From contig CM120640.1 in NCBI GenBank assembly GCA_051362555.1, positions 65,326,788 to 65,390,787 of the forward strand: a stretch of DNA of 64,000 nucleotides, written 5' to 3'. Origin of the DNA: Lingula anatina. Lineage: Eukaryota > Animalia > Brachiopoda. Made by a program: the position numbers and the translations under genes. Below the pieces are notes generated by a model, which saw only the letters and a program-made list of their open reading frames with translations, did not search any database and was not told the DNA's origin. Shown here piece after piece: positions 48,980 through 63,469 of this stretch. How positions within the stretch are numbered: the first letter of the stretch is position 1; every line of letters starts with the position of its first letter.

Positions 48980-51104
48980 GGTCGGTGATAGGGTTAAATA
49001 CGCTTAAAATCGTGTTTTTGAGTTTTTTGTGTGTTTATATTAATCAAAAAAGTATCTAACGTTGGATGTAATAATTTTTATGAATTTGCATCGCAAAATG
49101 CATCTTTTGATGAGTTTTTCAACCGGCACGCGCCCCAGTCAGGCTGACAACTAAGCCACGCCTCTGTTACTAAGGGCCGTTGCCATGAGGGGGTCGGAGC
49201 ACAGTTAATGAGTTATAAGCCGATTACGTGTGCGGTAATAGGTCATAAGTCTTACATCAGCTTAGCAGCGAAGAAGTCTAGCTAGTACACTATGGGGAAG
49301 AGAAAAGTTCGTGTTAAAAGTCCCTTTCCAGAGGAAAGAAGGAAAATTTTGAGAGTAAGGCCTATGCGTGGCGGTTGGGGAAAACCGGCCCTATTTGTTC
49401 AGTCGGATGACTGATTTCTGTATACCTAATAAATGGGTGAAAGAGTTAATCGAAACGTCTAAATTAATTGACAAATGAAAGAAAAATCGATAAAAACATA
49501 AATAAAAAAAAGCTAAAAAAGGATACTTTTAGCCTAGCCTTTAATTTTTGCGATATATATCGTCGAGCGTATCTGCGACACGTTACGAAACCGGAAATGA
49601 TTGTTGGTCGCCGTTTGCAAAAGGTAAATCTAATGTTGACGAAATAAAATTTTATTCTCCAAGATATGATATCATGGAGCTTGAGAGACATGCGAAAAAT
49701 TGTGATTTGAATGGCCAAACAAGAGAAATCCAAGCAAAGGTTGACAGCATGATTAAAACAATAAAAATAAAAACGCATGTTAGCGGCTTTGCATTTTGCG
49801 ATATTTGGAGAAAAACAATTTCAAAATCACTGATCAAGCGGGAAGAAAGAGTTCAAGTGTCCAAAAATGAAAATCACAAAAAGACCCCGAGAATAGTCAA
49901 GGCTAGCAGGTAAAAAGCAAATAGGGTCTAAGTGTCATGTGTGTAAAAATAAAATATTTATTCAAAAGCCTTCTCTCAGCCACTTTTACCGCTGAATCTT
50001 GTGCAGCTGAGCGTCTCCCCTTTATCTTAGCTGGCATTTTGAGCGAGACCGCTCTGAAGTAATCACTGGATTTTTCCGTTGATCTGACGACTACCAAGTG
50101 CCGTGCAAAATAATCCTGCAGCGTTACCCGTCAAAAAACTCGTATCAACACAAGTGACGGACACTTGCTCTCGACACAGTTTTATCTGATCACTTTGCCG
50201 ATAACAAAGAAGGAATCTCTCAGGTAAAATTACTCGATTGCCGAGGAAGAGCCATTGAAACGTTCAAATGCAACTTCACACCTCTTAATTGCGGTTAAAC
50301 GTAATCGCCTTTGTTAGCGCTTCCTTCTACATATCCTTGACACCCTACTGGGCATCACAAGGCTAGGGCCCTCTCCAGAGCTGTCAATGGCGGCACGCTT
50401 ACATGCCTAACGAGTGGTCGGAAAATGTAACAAAAGCACGATTTTCTGCCCCTTCAAAGCACCCAAACAAAATATTTTTAGATGACAATAAGCAATGGTT
50501 CCAGCTGATCGTATAACCGATAACAGGTAAATTTGCCAGCTAAGCATTTGACTAATAAGCCCTGTTAACCAACCTGTGAACGTTTTTGGCTGTTTTAACA
50601 GCTTTCTATATTGACGAGATAAGTGAATCGCTGCCAAGTATATCTCACTATCTGAGCAACCGATCGTTACAAAAGTTGCACCTATTGTTGTTAGGAATGT
50701 GGACTACAGCATGATATCAGGGGTTTAAGAGAAAATTGTTTGTTTGAAAGATATCGCCTTTTGAAGTGAATAAGCCATTGAAATATGGGGTAATTTAACG
50801 TAAAAGATGATAAAATCAAAAGTAAATAGTTTAAGACAATTCCCTGGTACCGCGCTGAAGTGCTTTCACCCAGCTTTATGAGGCCTTTTGAATCACTTGA
50901 ATAGCTGTCTTGGTTATAGAGAAAATCCCAATACCGAAAACGGCATTTTTCCCCTCAAATTGGCGCCAGAGCGTCATCCGTTGGACACTGTACTTAATCC
51001 CCGTCTTTAATTGGCCTTTTGGGAAGTTTGTTTTAATTTTTTATAAAAACTAATAAGCCCAGGGCTTTGTTTCTATGACTTTGGTCCTTTTACTATCACC
51101 GGCC
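48980..51104. mobile_element. Kolobok-like non-autonomous DNA transposon (2.1 kb)
   Basis: TTAA|GGTCGGTGATAG...CTATCACCGGCC|TTAA (11/12 TIR match, purine start, TTAA TSD); CpG-rich interior. Confidence 0.82.
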
Positions 51105-53072
51105 TTAATTTCAGGATTTAAATTCCTGAAATACACTCTGCTTTTCATAAAACAACGTGTAAGGAAACCCTGTCATCTGAGCATGTTTTCACAGATGTTA
51201 TGAACCAATCCTGTTTTGTTTCCTTCAGACTTGCATGACAGCAAAACTAAAGCTAGGGTGTAGTTTTGTTTCCCCATACAGATTCGGCCCAAGGACGTAA
51301 ATAGTGGATATTTCCATTGATGACTTTATGACCAGGCCACATGAATATTAAATGAGACTAATTAAATTAGCTATAGCCAGTCCCCACTTTTTGGCGTGTA
51401 ATTAAAAAAAAAAAATTTCATGTCATCACTGCTTAACCGCCGATTCAGGATCGCAGCATGCTTTTCCAACTCTGTGAAGTTAATTGTACTTTTCCCTGAG
51501 CATTTTTATGTGTTTAATATTACATTTTCCAAACGTTATGAATATAAAACAAAATACGTTGCATATTCTTAATAGATATGTTAAAAATCAGTTTCTCAAA
51601 AAAAAAAAAAAAAAAAATTCACCTTTCTGTAACTATGTTCATTTTAATTCAACAATTAATGAGAAGGAAACATACCTTTCTGGTCCATATCTCAATGAAT
51701 AAACTCGGATTTTGAAATGAAATGTCAGCAAAATAAGAGTCTAAGTTTACATAAACACTCTCTGATAAAGGAGCTACTCACTGTCAAACAAAACAAAAAA
51801 AGCATATTTACCAGTTACGATGGACACCAATGTTCCGTTGTCACTTGATGTATTATTTCTTTACTTCAAATCCTGAAAACGAACAAATTACACCATTACT
51901 GGAACTTCAATCTGAGGGTCACTGAAATTTCCAAATCAATTATATCTAGTGTGTAAACAATGTAGGAAACTTTTTCTAAAAATAAAATTAAATATTACTC
52001 ATTTGTCAAGTAACAGAGTATTAACATAAACTTTTCTGTATATCTCTTGTAATTTGTCTATATCTACTACCCTATATGTATATTAACTATCAGCACGCTT
52101 AATGTAGGTGGTGGTAACCACAAAAATCCAAAAAATAATGTATCTTTACCTACTTTATAATCACACATCACATCCCTGTCCTCAACTCCTGTACAAACAT
52201 TACAGAAAAAAAAACCTTACAGTAACAAGCACCATACCTTAACATATGACTTGTTGATTCCAATGAAATCAATTTCATTAAAAAATATAAATTACATTAA
52301 TTCCAGTATAGTTTTTCACCAATACTTAACCAATCATCCAAAATACGAACCAATAACCACATGGAATCAACACGTTATTCTATTGTCAGTCACATGCAAT
52401 GGAATACCTACAGATAACTGGTTCTAAGAAAACCGTCTTTCGTCTGCTGAACGCAAGCTTGTATAATGAATGACCTTTGCAGAACACTGTTTATGCCGTC
52501 ATTTAGCTGCTTTAATGATGGCCTCAAATCAATCCAAAACCCTCCAATAAGGTTTCTGAAATGACGTCAATTTTCACTGCCTCTGCTTTACAGCTTGTCA
52601 TTATCATAATGCCAAACAAGTTTCCTCTGTCCTATAATGTTTCTTAATGTGATAGCAACACACATGCTATGGGCATCAGTGGATGCTTTCCTCTGAATGC
52701 CAGATATTGATACAGTAAAAGCTATCAACTGATGCCTATCTCACAACCTATGGAATGTCTCCAAATATCAATAGCTCAATACAACTTAAAAAAAAAAAAA
52801 CAAACAATGGAGAACAGTAACACATTAACATGAAAGATCTTATAGAATATCATATATATAACCTATTTATCTTACTATCATGATCAGAAAATTGGATACA
52901 TCTGTTTACCTACTGTTAATCTTGGTGAAAAAATAAAATTACTATGAAGATGGGAGGAGGGATTCCAAAAGTAATTTTTTTCAATTTGATAAGTTTACTC
53001 ACCAGCAATATTAAAAACACTTTGAAAAGCCCAAAACAGATAAGGTAGGGCAAAATCTGTTCTAGATATAGC

Positions 53073-53075
53073 AAA

Positions 53076-53118
<43 letters not shown>

Positions 53119-53132
53119 AATAAAATAAAAAA
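53073..53132. repeat. (AAAT)n microsatellite
   Basis: Direct reading. Confidence 0.9.
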
Positions 53133-53807
53133 TCCAGTAAAATTTAACAATTTTCCAATAATCAGCAAGGCATAACCTATCTTAAACCATTGAAAAAAAT
53201 ACAGACCTATAAAACCATTTTTTGAGCCTTATATCAAACGTTGTCCAAAATGCCTTCTAAATTTTTGTAAAGTCTCAAAAGCTACTCATGAATGAAGTAT
53301 TGTTGTGGCATAGATGCTGCTTTCAGTTCCAAGATTCAGATGAAGTATTGTTGGTAGTGTGGTGCTAATATAGGTAGAAATTAAGAATATGGTAACCACT
53401 CCAGTGAGAAGAAGAATGCAGAAAATAGCAAGATGGCAAGAGCACTGGCAACCTGCATTTTACCATGTACATAAAGTCATTCACCTAAGTTTATAGGAAA
53501 AATGTAGTTTGGCAGTCATATTGTAAACAACAGATGTGTCATGACAGTAACAGCAACAACATATACAGATACAGTACTCAGAACACACACACAGACACAA
53601 TACATGTGGCATTTGCATGTTTTCTGGCCACCAAACTACAAATTGGGACACTATATGTGCAAACCAAAGTACTATTGGTTCTTCAGAGATATCTCAATAA
53701 CAGGAAGACTGTGTCAGCTACTAGACCAACTACACCACATGTGAATCTTGAAGAAGAAGAGTTTTCCAACAATTTTGAAAGATAAAAATTACTAACACCT
53801 TGCCTTT

Positions 53808-53838
<31 letters not shown>

Positions 53839-56800
53839 CTGCAGAATGATCAAATCAGAAGTTCAAGCCAAAACAATGTTAAATTATTTTAAAAATTATT
53901 TTGCTTAATCACATGTTTAGGTTTGGTGAAAATGTAAGTAATAATAAGAGCTTAAAATGAGTTCAGATATACTAATTAATGTTTTTTTAATATGGAAAAA
54001 AAACAAGGCTAGTGAATTAGTTCCCTTTTTTAAAGAAATTGGACAAAATAGGCATATGTCTTCAGAATTCTTATACAAAATTGCTAAAGATCTGTCCTAA
54101 AACAAATAGTAGAATAATCTCATCTGTGGGTTTCTTGACCAATGCAAATATCATGATGAATAGTCCCTGTCAAGATCATGTCCATAGCTCTTCCTGTCTA
54201 ATAACATAATCTGTTAATGTCTTAGCTGCTTTCTGGCTCATGTGTCTTCCTTGTCTATGGAGACATCTTCCCCTCCAAATATTGGATTTTTTTTTAACAT
54301 AGTATAACATAATCATGTTAGGCTCTTGAGTGCACAAAATGTTGCTAGATAAATTTGTATCAAACAAAATTTTATCATATTGCTATCTTAAAATTTCCAA
54401 ATCAAAAACAGCAGTTCGTTATCGCCTTACTTAATTTTAAAATCTACATATCGTAATACCCTAACCAATGAAACCATTGTCAATCACCTTAACTAACCTT
54501 ATGACAGCCTATCACTCAAACAACTGTTAATCCAATAACAGCACAGAATGCCAAGACCTATCACTTGGAATAACATCTGGGAATTATTCAATATGTATCA
54601 CCTTCTTGATGGGATCTTTTTTTACTCAAAGACTGGCTAAATGGTGAAAACAGAATACAAAACACTAACTAAATTCTACAAACCACAAACTAAATAAATG
54701 AAAATATACGAATTAAAGAAAAATATCACAATAATACACAAAAATAACTATAACTATAATAAGGGAACCAGTGATGCTCCATTTTAATCTGATATACATG
54801 TATATGAACTATGACAAACTGCAGTAGTAGTGAGCACACTCAGCAATAAAAGGTTGAGCTTTGCTCTTGTACTACAGCAACTACAATTTGATAATGTATC
54901 GTATCTATTTGCACAATATAGCAAAATAACAGTTAATTTTTTTCTGTTAAAATCAACCTAAAACCTGAGAGACTGAATTACTTTTATTTGCTGCACTGCA
55001 TTTACAGGGTTGTCTTCAGAGAAGGGATAAATTTTTATCTCCACTGACGCAATGTCCTCAAAAATAGGAGTAAAAATTTGGCTCAATCTACAACACATTA
55101 AAAACACTAAACAGTAAATTACTTTGACAAAGAAAAATATAATATTTTCATTAATTCAAAATGAGCATTTTTATTTTCTGGCAGGCAATTTGCATGATCC
55201 CTGTAAATAGCAACTGGGTTAATTAACAGTGAAAAACAGCTTTTTTCATAGTCTGTGATCTGTGGTAATTACTGCAGTCATTTACAGAAGACTTTGCTCT
55301 CTAAGACCTATTAAATCATTACCTGTACTTGAACAGCTTTAGATGGTTTACTTTAGAGAAGCAGTCTGTTTGAAAGAAAAAAAAAACTTAATAGCTTGAT
55401 TACTATGTAAGAGAGTCATCAAAACAGAACCTCTGCACTTGACATGGCCAATTAAGTAACTGAAAAAGGAACAATCACTTTATAACACTTATAAATGCAT
55501 GATATGATACTTCTAGTCATTTGTAGTTGTTTTCTGCACATTTTGATCACTTAGGACCTTAACTGCTACACAGAAAAGAAATGGTCACCTAAAACAAGTT
55601 GAATTTCCAAGTTCTAGTTTTGTTTACTTTTTAAGACCTCTAATTTGGCAAGGCATCATCATCATCAAGTACATTTTGTTTACTGTATGAGAAACCCTCA
55701 AGAAGAAGCACCAGAGAAGCAAACTGAAGTGTTTGGAAATATCATTGCTTTCACAGCAGTATTGCAAATTTCATCTTAAGTACTAGTATGCTGTAAGGTT
55801 CTAAGTTACAATGTCCTCTCTGTCCCATCCTTCGCCACCCTATACCTCCTTCATTCACATTCCCATTACTTTCAACTAAATATAGCTTTCTTTTATGCAG
55901 TTTCATTTTTGAATTTCGAAAGTAAAAAAAAATGCTAAAAGCTGGTACCAAGAAAGTCATGGTTTATACTTCACCACATAGTGATGTTGTGCTAATGAAA
56001 AAAAAAATTCACATTATGTAACATTGCCAGGATATTAGCAGACCACTTCAAGAGGCATGATCTTCTAGGATTTTTATGAGACCTTTCCTATTGTTATAAA
56101 CTCCAGTAAGCAGAAAACCATTGAAAGAAAATGTTATTTGACATTTTTGTTGATAAAATATGACCTTATTATGTGGTTACACAATCAGTTGCTGCTCTGG
56201 CAACCCAAAAACCTTAAAACCAGTGACAATTTTACTCAGGAATTCAAGTTTTGAAAAATAACACCTACGAATAATGCGCTCTACCAATCTATAATCATTT
56301 GTACCTGCTAAAATGTTACAATGCTTTTGTGATTATTTGTTGAGGTACATGTATATGTTAGCATAATAATCATAAATGCAAGAAGAAACAAACTGTCACT
56401 CTCTTTCTAGAGGAGCATAATTGATTCAGCATCTCTATATCTAAAAAGATAAAAAAAGAAAGAAAGAAAATGCTGCTTTGAAGTGACATATGCTTCTCAT
56501 CACAGGTTAATCAATGATCTATGATACCCATATCTATATAGATCATTATATTACACTATACATGCTCTTCTCCCTCAAGAACTGAAGGTTCATGTTATCT
56601 GACATACCTCAAGGGCATTTCTCCTCAAATAACAGTCTGACTATAAGTATCAGTTTTTCAACACACACACACGTTTGTGGACCATGCTTTTACCTTTTAT
56701 ATTTTTTATATATTCTTTAAAAATACTTTCGTTACCAAACCAATGTAAAATTTGGAAAAATTAATCATACATTTTTCGTTATCTTTAGCTAAAGGAAATA

Positions 56801-59015
56801 ATCTTTATAATTACATCATACATAAATATGCTGGCTTTAATCTGGCATCTACCCATACTATAGTATCATGTCACTCTAGTTTTTTTTTTCCTATTCAATC
56901 ATTAATGAGCTGTAGGATAAAACTTCATCCAGCAGCATGAAACATATTGCACAGCATTGTGAGAATATTCTTGAAGATATACTCAAACCTTGTGGATTAT
57001 GATGCATCATTTCAACCAATTATCAAGCTAATTAATCCACTGGTCCCAACTTTAAATTTAAATGATTCACCCATTTCTATTATATCTCTCTATCATCAAT
57101 AAAAATAAAAATAATAAATAAATAAATAAAATGTACAGATTCCTAAGATGTCAAAATGTACAGTAAACTACCTTCACAACTCCTACCTGTACCTGACATC
57201 TACATGTACTTTGTGAATTGCATGTACAAGCACAAATACTGTTAGCATCATGCATACAAACATCAGATATAGGTCATAATGATTTTCAAATAAGCGTAAC
57301 TATGTATCAACTCAAATTGCAAGGAAACACGAAGTGATTTAGCAATCTGATCAGCAAAACTATGACTTCTTTCTGTTCAATAAATGACAAAATCTAATAA
57401 TGCAAACAAACACACATCTAAAATAACAGCAAGAAACCTACGTTCAACCTGCTCATCTGGAGAACTGACCCCTAACAAACACTTCCCCCATACACACACA
57501 CGCCAACCATTAATCAGGTTAACGTCATGTTACCACGGGTTGCAAGTACATTCACAATATATATGTTCTGACTAATAGCATCAACATTCAAATAAGAAAA
57601 AAATGTAAATGACAAAATTGCAAAAAAATGGCATTTATATTACCATTATATAAGTATGTGCCTGCATGTCTGCCTGCATTTGTTTAAATAACACATTCTG
57701 AACAGTTCCCTAAGCTGAAAACAAAAATATTATTTCCCTCCTGTATGGCAAAACATTGTGGCAATTATAAAAACAGATAACTAAGATAACTACAAATCAG
57801 TTTCTGTTAGGCCGAGGATACTACAGTCATATCCAGAGGGCAATTTAGATTTGTAAAACACCCACAGAATTATAAAACCTAATAAGTGTTTAACCCAATA
57901 CGTGTTTTCAGAGTGCTGCTGTGATGTACTCTTTACCTTTCAATTTAAATAATGCCAGTTGTTACATCACAAAGTATAATATATATATATATCCAGGAAG
58001 TTCTTGTTTTGGAAGTTCTTGAGTGTACATCAGTTATAACAGATCTGTACCTGTTGACCTCTCACCTGGCTTTACTTTTACACCTGTAAACAAAAACATA
58101 CTGACAGGTAGGTAGTCATTTTTAGTACAAAGGCATAATATAAAAGTACTAGTACATTTCATATTCTTTTCTTATATACCATTACCATCCCAATGTACCC
58201 TGAATGTACGAACATGAAAAATATATATATATTTGACATGAGAAATATCCCATTATGGTCAGCTGATTAAGTTCAATGTTCCTAGCAAATTCTGTCTAGT
58301 AGGCATAAAATTCTGTATTCACACAGATGTATGAAGTACATAACTGTGATGAGGTTTTCAGTCATGGCAATCTCCCCTAACACAATATATTCTTAACTAC
58401 CAATGGAAATCATCCAAGACAGGGGTACAGCATGACAAAATACAAAACTGGAAAAAGAACAAGAATACACATGTAGTGAACTTTTAAGTGAAAAGGTTGA
58501 AAGTTCTATGCTCTGGAAATGCTGACTTAGCAATACAAATGTGACACAAAGCATGTGCTGTTTTACTATAAACAGCAATGAAGACAGAACTTTAAAAATA
58601 TTACCAGGGAAATATCTCTGAATAAATTCTTTCAGCTTTCATTCTTTGCTGCATCAACTTTCTAGTCTGCCATTATCTCTGACCCCTTCTTCAAATCCTA
58701 CTAAATCATGTTTGATTTTATTAGTCTTTAAGGTGTCCCTTTAAATCATTTTAAACCATTTCCATAACTGCGAGTGCAATATTTGTTAATAGATTTTGTT
58801 AAAAAAATTTTTTTAATAATAAATATTAAAGGTCATTATAAGACCTCACTAAATGTGCCAATTTTTCATAAGTTGTCAGTAAAAACCATAAGGCCAATAT
58901 TGCTGGTATAATGAGTCTAATTTGATCCTGGCTTTTTTTTTTTTTTTTGGAGGGATTGGCTCAATTGGTTGCTGAGCAGTACCCACTCACATTCTCTTAG
59001 CTTTCCTATGATAAT

Positions 59016-59182
59016 CATGGGCAAATTTAGGCCGTCTTCTGGGTCTTCAGGAAGACCGTCAGATTTTAAAGTTTACATCGACGGGTTTCTAATTTTTCTG
59101 TCGGAAGACGGTTCAAAATGGTGGATGGAACAATGAAGATAACTTGGAAGCCTGTCAGAAAATATCTCTGGATCCGCTTATG
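59016..59182 (-). mobile_element. hAT-like MITE family A, copy 3 (inverted)
   Basis: Reverse complement of copies 1 and 2; 5-bp TSD ATAAT. Confidence 0.85.
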
Positions 59183-61601
59183 ATAATAACGGTCAAGGTC
59201 ACAAGAGAGTAGGCATCAATTTGACTACTCTCATTGGCTGGCCAACTCATCACACTGTTAGGAAAAAAGTTCCTGTCTAAATGTTCAAATCATGGAATAT
59301 TGGCAAAGAATATGAAGTCATAAGTGAACCATTAAGTATTCATGGACATTTGGAGTTCATACCACTCCCAATATTTTACATTCACAAAAATGGAACAGCA
59401 TGCTCATTTCTAAACATATTTTCCTGACAGACCTCCTACTACATTGTACACTAGTAGTAGTTAAGAGCAATATTGACACCTGGTATGCATACAATAAATG
59501 TATATATAAATGAACAGATTGGTGATTGCGTATTTCCTAGAAAAGGTCTGAAGAGATGCTATTATAAAGATATAAAATTGCTATGCCATTAATAATTATT
59601 TCCACATACCAACTTCACAAAAATTATGAATGCGTTATGCTTCCATCTATATTGTACCCTTAGGTGTCAGTCAAACCACATTTCATGGTTAACTTTTTCA
59701 TTTCAAATATACTCAGATATCCATAAGTATCATTACCACATGTTGATAGCTCTAACACAAAGCATCAAACTTATATGTTGTCAAAACGAAAAGTAGGGGC
59801 AAATCACTCTCAATATGCTTTCTGTGAAAATAAATTTGGCCACATTTTCTAAACTATTTCACATAATGCCTAATTATGTGAAAAAACACTTCCACATTCA
59901 TTCATGAATTCTTTCATTCATCCATCCATCTGTCAATCCATTTATTCATTCAGAATAATATATCCAAACATATTTTACAAACTTTTTTTTCCTTTTTTTA
60001 TTCTTATAACATTCATTCTTATCTCTTCATGTTATGACCCTGGAATTTCATTTACTTTTAATTTTATCTAATATCATAAAACATGCCCAAATAAGCATAA
60101 TAATAAGCAATTTCAATACTCACTTTTTTCATTTTTGAGACAGATATCATATTCTGTGTCTTCAAATCGAACAAGATCTGGAAGAAAGCCAGACAAATAT
60201 TTTCAATAAGATCTCGATAAAGGAATCAAATAAACCCCTCCTCCCTACTTTCTCCTCACTATCTCACCTGTAGCTATTCATTTTCAAACAAGCTAAATTG
60301 ACATGCCCCCATTTTTCACCTTTTGCAGCGCTAGAAGCAGGTAACAACATGTGATCAACTATATATGACACCCAATCTCCTAACCCCAGACAGTGATAAG
60401 ATATCACAACTTCAAAAAGGTAACAGTGCACCATGACTTCCCCATACCTTCAGTAGCTAAATGACTTAACAAAACAAAGGAAGCAAAAGCTGTTTTACAT
60501 TCATACCTGAGTTTTAATCAAGACAATTTTTCAATAAGTAAGTTCTGGTACGTTATAAAAGAATATGACTATTTCAGTTACAAAATTAATGAAATAACCA
60601 TATAATATTAAGTGCATAACTATCATTTTAATTACACGGGGGTGGCTCGTGATGTCATGAGCAGCCACTTGACTTGAACTGGTCAGCAAATAGGGACCAG
60701 GTTTTCAGAAATAACACACAACCCTATGGGAAACAATGAGTTTGAATTATTATATTTCATGGCACAACCAATGACGATTCATTTTTATGACACAAAGGAT
60801 CCTTTATGCATATACAAGTACCCTACCAAATCTATTCAACAATTATGAATTAAGACACTAAAAAAAAGAAAAAAAAACACTTGAATGTCTCCACTGCTTT
60901 GCATCAGAGCAACATTTGACTGCACATCTTGCTGTCTGATAAAGAGTCCAGTCCAATCTACTTATTTTACATTTCAATCTTTTGTTGATACAGTGTTTCT
61001 TTTTATCATGCCATCTTGCCCGCACTGGCTTTTGGGCGACTTGCAAATAATCATGTAAATATACACTGCACTCTTTCTCTTCAAGCAATCAAAGCCATGG
61101 GGTCACATTCTAAGCACCCATTCATTACCAAGTTTTCACAAGGCCCCACTGCGCATTCAGAATGTTTTTTGTTGTTGTTATTTTCATGAGCTGTTCAAAA
61201 GGAATTACTGTCACTGCAAATAATGTTTAGAATTAATGTTAGTTGTATAGAAGTATCATTATAGTTTGAAATTCCGGTCTACAAATCTAAACGCGATATA
61301 AACTTTTTTACTATGATACTAGAATCTATATTATCTCTTCATACATAATAAATGACACAACAGACACAAAAGCACATTCTCCTATGGCATATCTGTGTGG
61401 CAATGCATGTCATGCATGCTGGCAGTGCGTGTTAAGCACTGCGACAGAAATCCATACAAACACACAATCAAGTCACTTTTCTATATCGACTGTGCACAGC
61501 GATAGCTAGACCTCTTTAAGAATGTTTATAACCTCAAGTAGCCTCTTATTCCCTCACGTTAACAGAGACATTGTATTGAGGCATCAAGACATAAGTCATA
61601 C

Positions 61602-61845
61602 CTTTTAAATGCCGCTCCACGCAAAATGAGGGAACTGGGTCATCCCAGGTTGCCCCGATAATGTCGCTGCAATCGGGTCGAGAAATCAGGTCAGTGCGCA
61701 CGAACCCGCGAAGTTGTGAGTGCAGTTAGGCCAACGCGACAGATAAAACCCTCGAAGGCAGCAGCTGTCTGGTCCTTAGCACCTCTCATTCAACCAGGGA
61801 TGTAGGTATTCTCCTCAGCCTCTTGAATGCTACCATGAGTTTTAA
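61602..61845 (-). other. Putative non-coding 5' exon in a CpG-rich island, probably of the receptor gene
   Basis: ttcattttag| acceptor, AAG|gtatga donor, GC/CpG-rich; a further donor ATG|gtaagc at 62131. Confidence 0.45.
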
Positions 61846-62473
61846 CTAAAATGAATTTAATTAAAACTATTTGGCATCAAGCTCGGCTGTCACTATGAGC
61901 TGTTTTAATGAATATGAGGCACATAAAAACCGATCACCAGTAAAATATATGTCACTAGACTACCGGTTCCATAGGCCCAATGCGACAAAAGTATTTAAAA
62001 TAAACTAATTTAAAAGGATAGCAACCGACTGTTACAATTCGTCTGACATTCAAAATTCCACAACAAAAACATTGTTAACGACAATTTTTGTTGACACAAA
62101 GAAACCACCAAAACGGAAACCTTTGCTTACCATAGACATAAATGTATCGGGCTAAAAGAATTATGGTAACGTTATAACATGGAAATATATATTTCCATGG
62201 TTATAATAACAAGCACAACATTATCTGATGTTTAATATCAAAACGTTCTGTGTAAGCTGGGGTTAGATCTACATGTAGGCCTAGGCCTACGTAACGACGT
62301 AACAGTATTGTTACTTTTTTTTAGAACCGTTTTTGAAACTTTTTTACATCGTTACTATAACGAAACCGTAACGCATTTGTTAATTATAAAAACATATGTT
62401 AAGATACTTCATAGTATTTTACCGCTTCATGGGATAAGCATTCCTAATTCATGATAGAGAGCGACTTCACTTA

Positions 62474-63469
62474 GGGGAGACCGGGGCTTGTTGGCCCAGT
62501 TAAACACCTTTGGTCTTGTACAATATAGAGCCAACTAGGAATGAGTTAGAGTAACAAAACCGGTTTCAAAGTAAGCCCCATGAACTAAGCTACGTATGCA
62601 ACGTCATTATTTTTCAGATATAATGCCAGATGGCTCACAATTTGACAAAAAACGCAGTTGATGTCAGGGGGGCCCAACTTGCCCCTCCACCGGGCAAGTT
62701 GGCCCCCTATACAAAAATGAAGTAAATATCCCATGTAAACGCATTGAATTACATTTTTATACATTTTTAATTTATTAAATTGATTTTTGAGAGTCTTTGA
62801 TTAATAAATAGTTCAAATGAGGCAGATTTATTGAGGTTTCCGGACGTCACGTTGTAGGCGGGGGGGCTATGTGTTGCAAGAACCAAAATATCTATTAATA
62901 AAATTTGTTTTGTTTTAATAAAGAATAAATTAATAATGGTATAAAGCAGGTTTGTAATGAATGAAAACGAATAATAAATATTCGTTTTAAAAGAAAGTAA
63001 CAAATTCCGTTTTAAACCATTGAGTTTGTTTCAACAATGGCCTCTAGCTCTGTTGCGCACAAAGGTCCAACTTGCCTCGAGTCAAGGGGGGCAACTAGCC
63101 CCGGGTGCACACTTTTTATTTTAAAAGATGGCAGCCATTTATGGTGCTAGAATGAGCAACGATGATACATCTCTGTGAAATTTGAAACAATGAGCTTCAG
63201 TTTGATGCCCTATACATTTATTATATTTGATCAAAAGCCTATGAAAATAGATTTTTAAACCTCTTAAACAAATTTACTTTTAGGTGCAAAAATCGTTTAT
63301 TTCGACTCACCGCTTAAGTAAAACTTTTTAACGTCCGACAGTTCCTTAGCATTGTAGGCTACGGTCACTTTACAAGAGTATGTGGCCCGTTTTTTTTACC
63401 TCGTAGTTACTTTTTCATAAATTGACGGGGGTCAACTTACCCCGGGGTCCAACTAGCCCTGGTCTCCCC
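62474..63469. mobile_element. TA-flanked non-autonomous DNA transposon (Tc1/mariner/pogo-type ends)
   Basis: TA|GGGGAGACCGGGGC...GCCCTGGTCTCCCC|TA; internal caacttgcccc repeats. Confidence 0.85.

Noticed and set aside
49000-50400. CpG-rich block as the receptor promoter
   Set aside because: It lies within the TTAA-flanked TIR element, so a young transposon explains the CpG content.
9011-59545. Scattered TTCNNNGAA STAT-like sites (e.g. 9011, 10676, 46485)
   Set aside because: Many are expected by chance in 64 kb of AT-rich DNA, and I saw no clear cluster.
61600-61830. Possible structured ncRNA (7SK, RNase P/MRP, snRNA)
   Set aside because: No recognisable family motifs by eye; splice signals favour a UTR exon. 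An Rfam scan would settle it.
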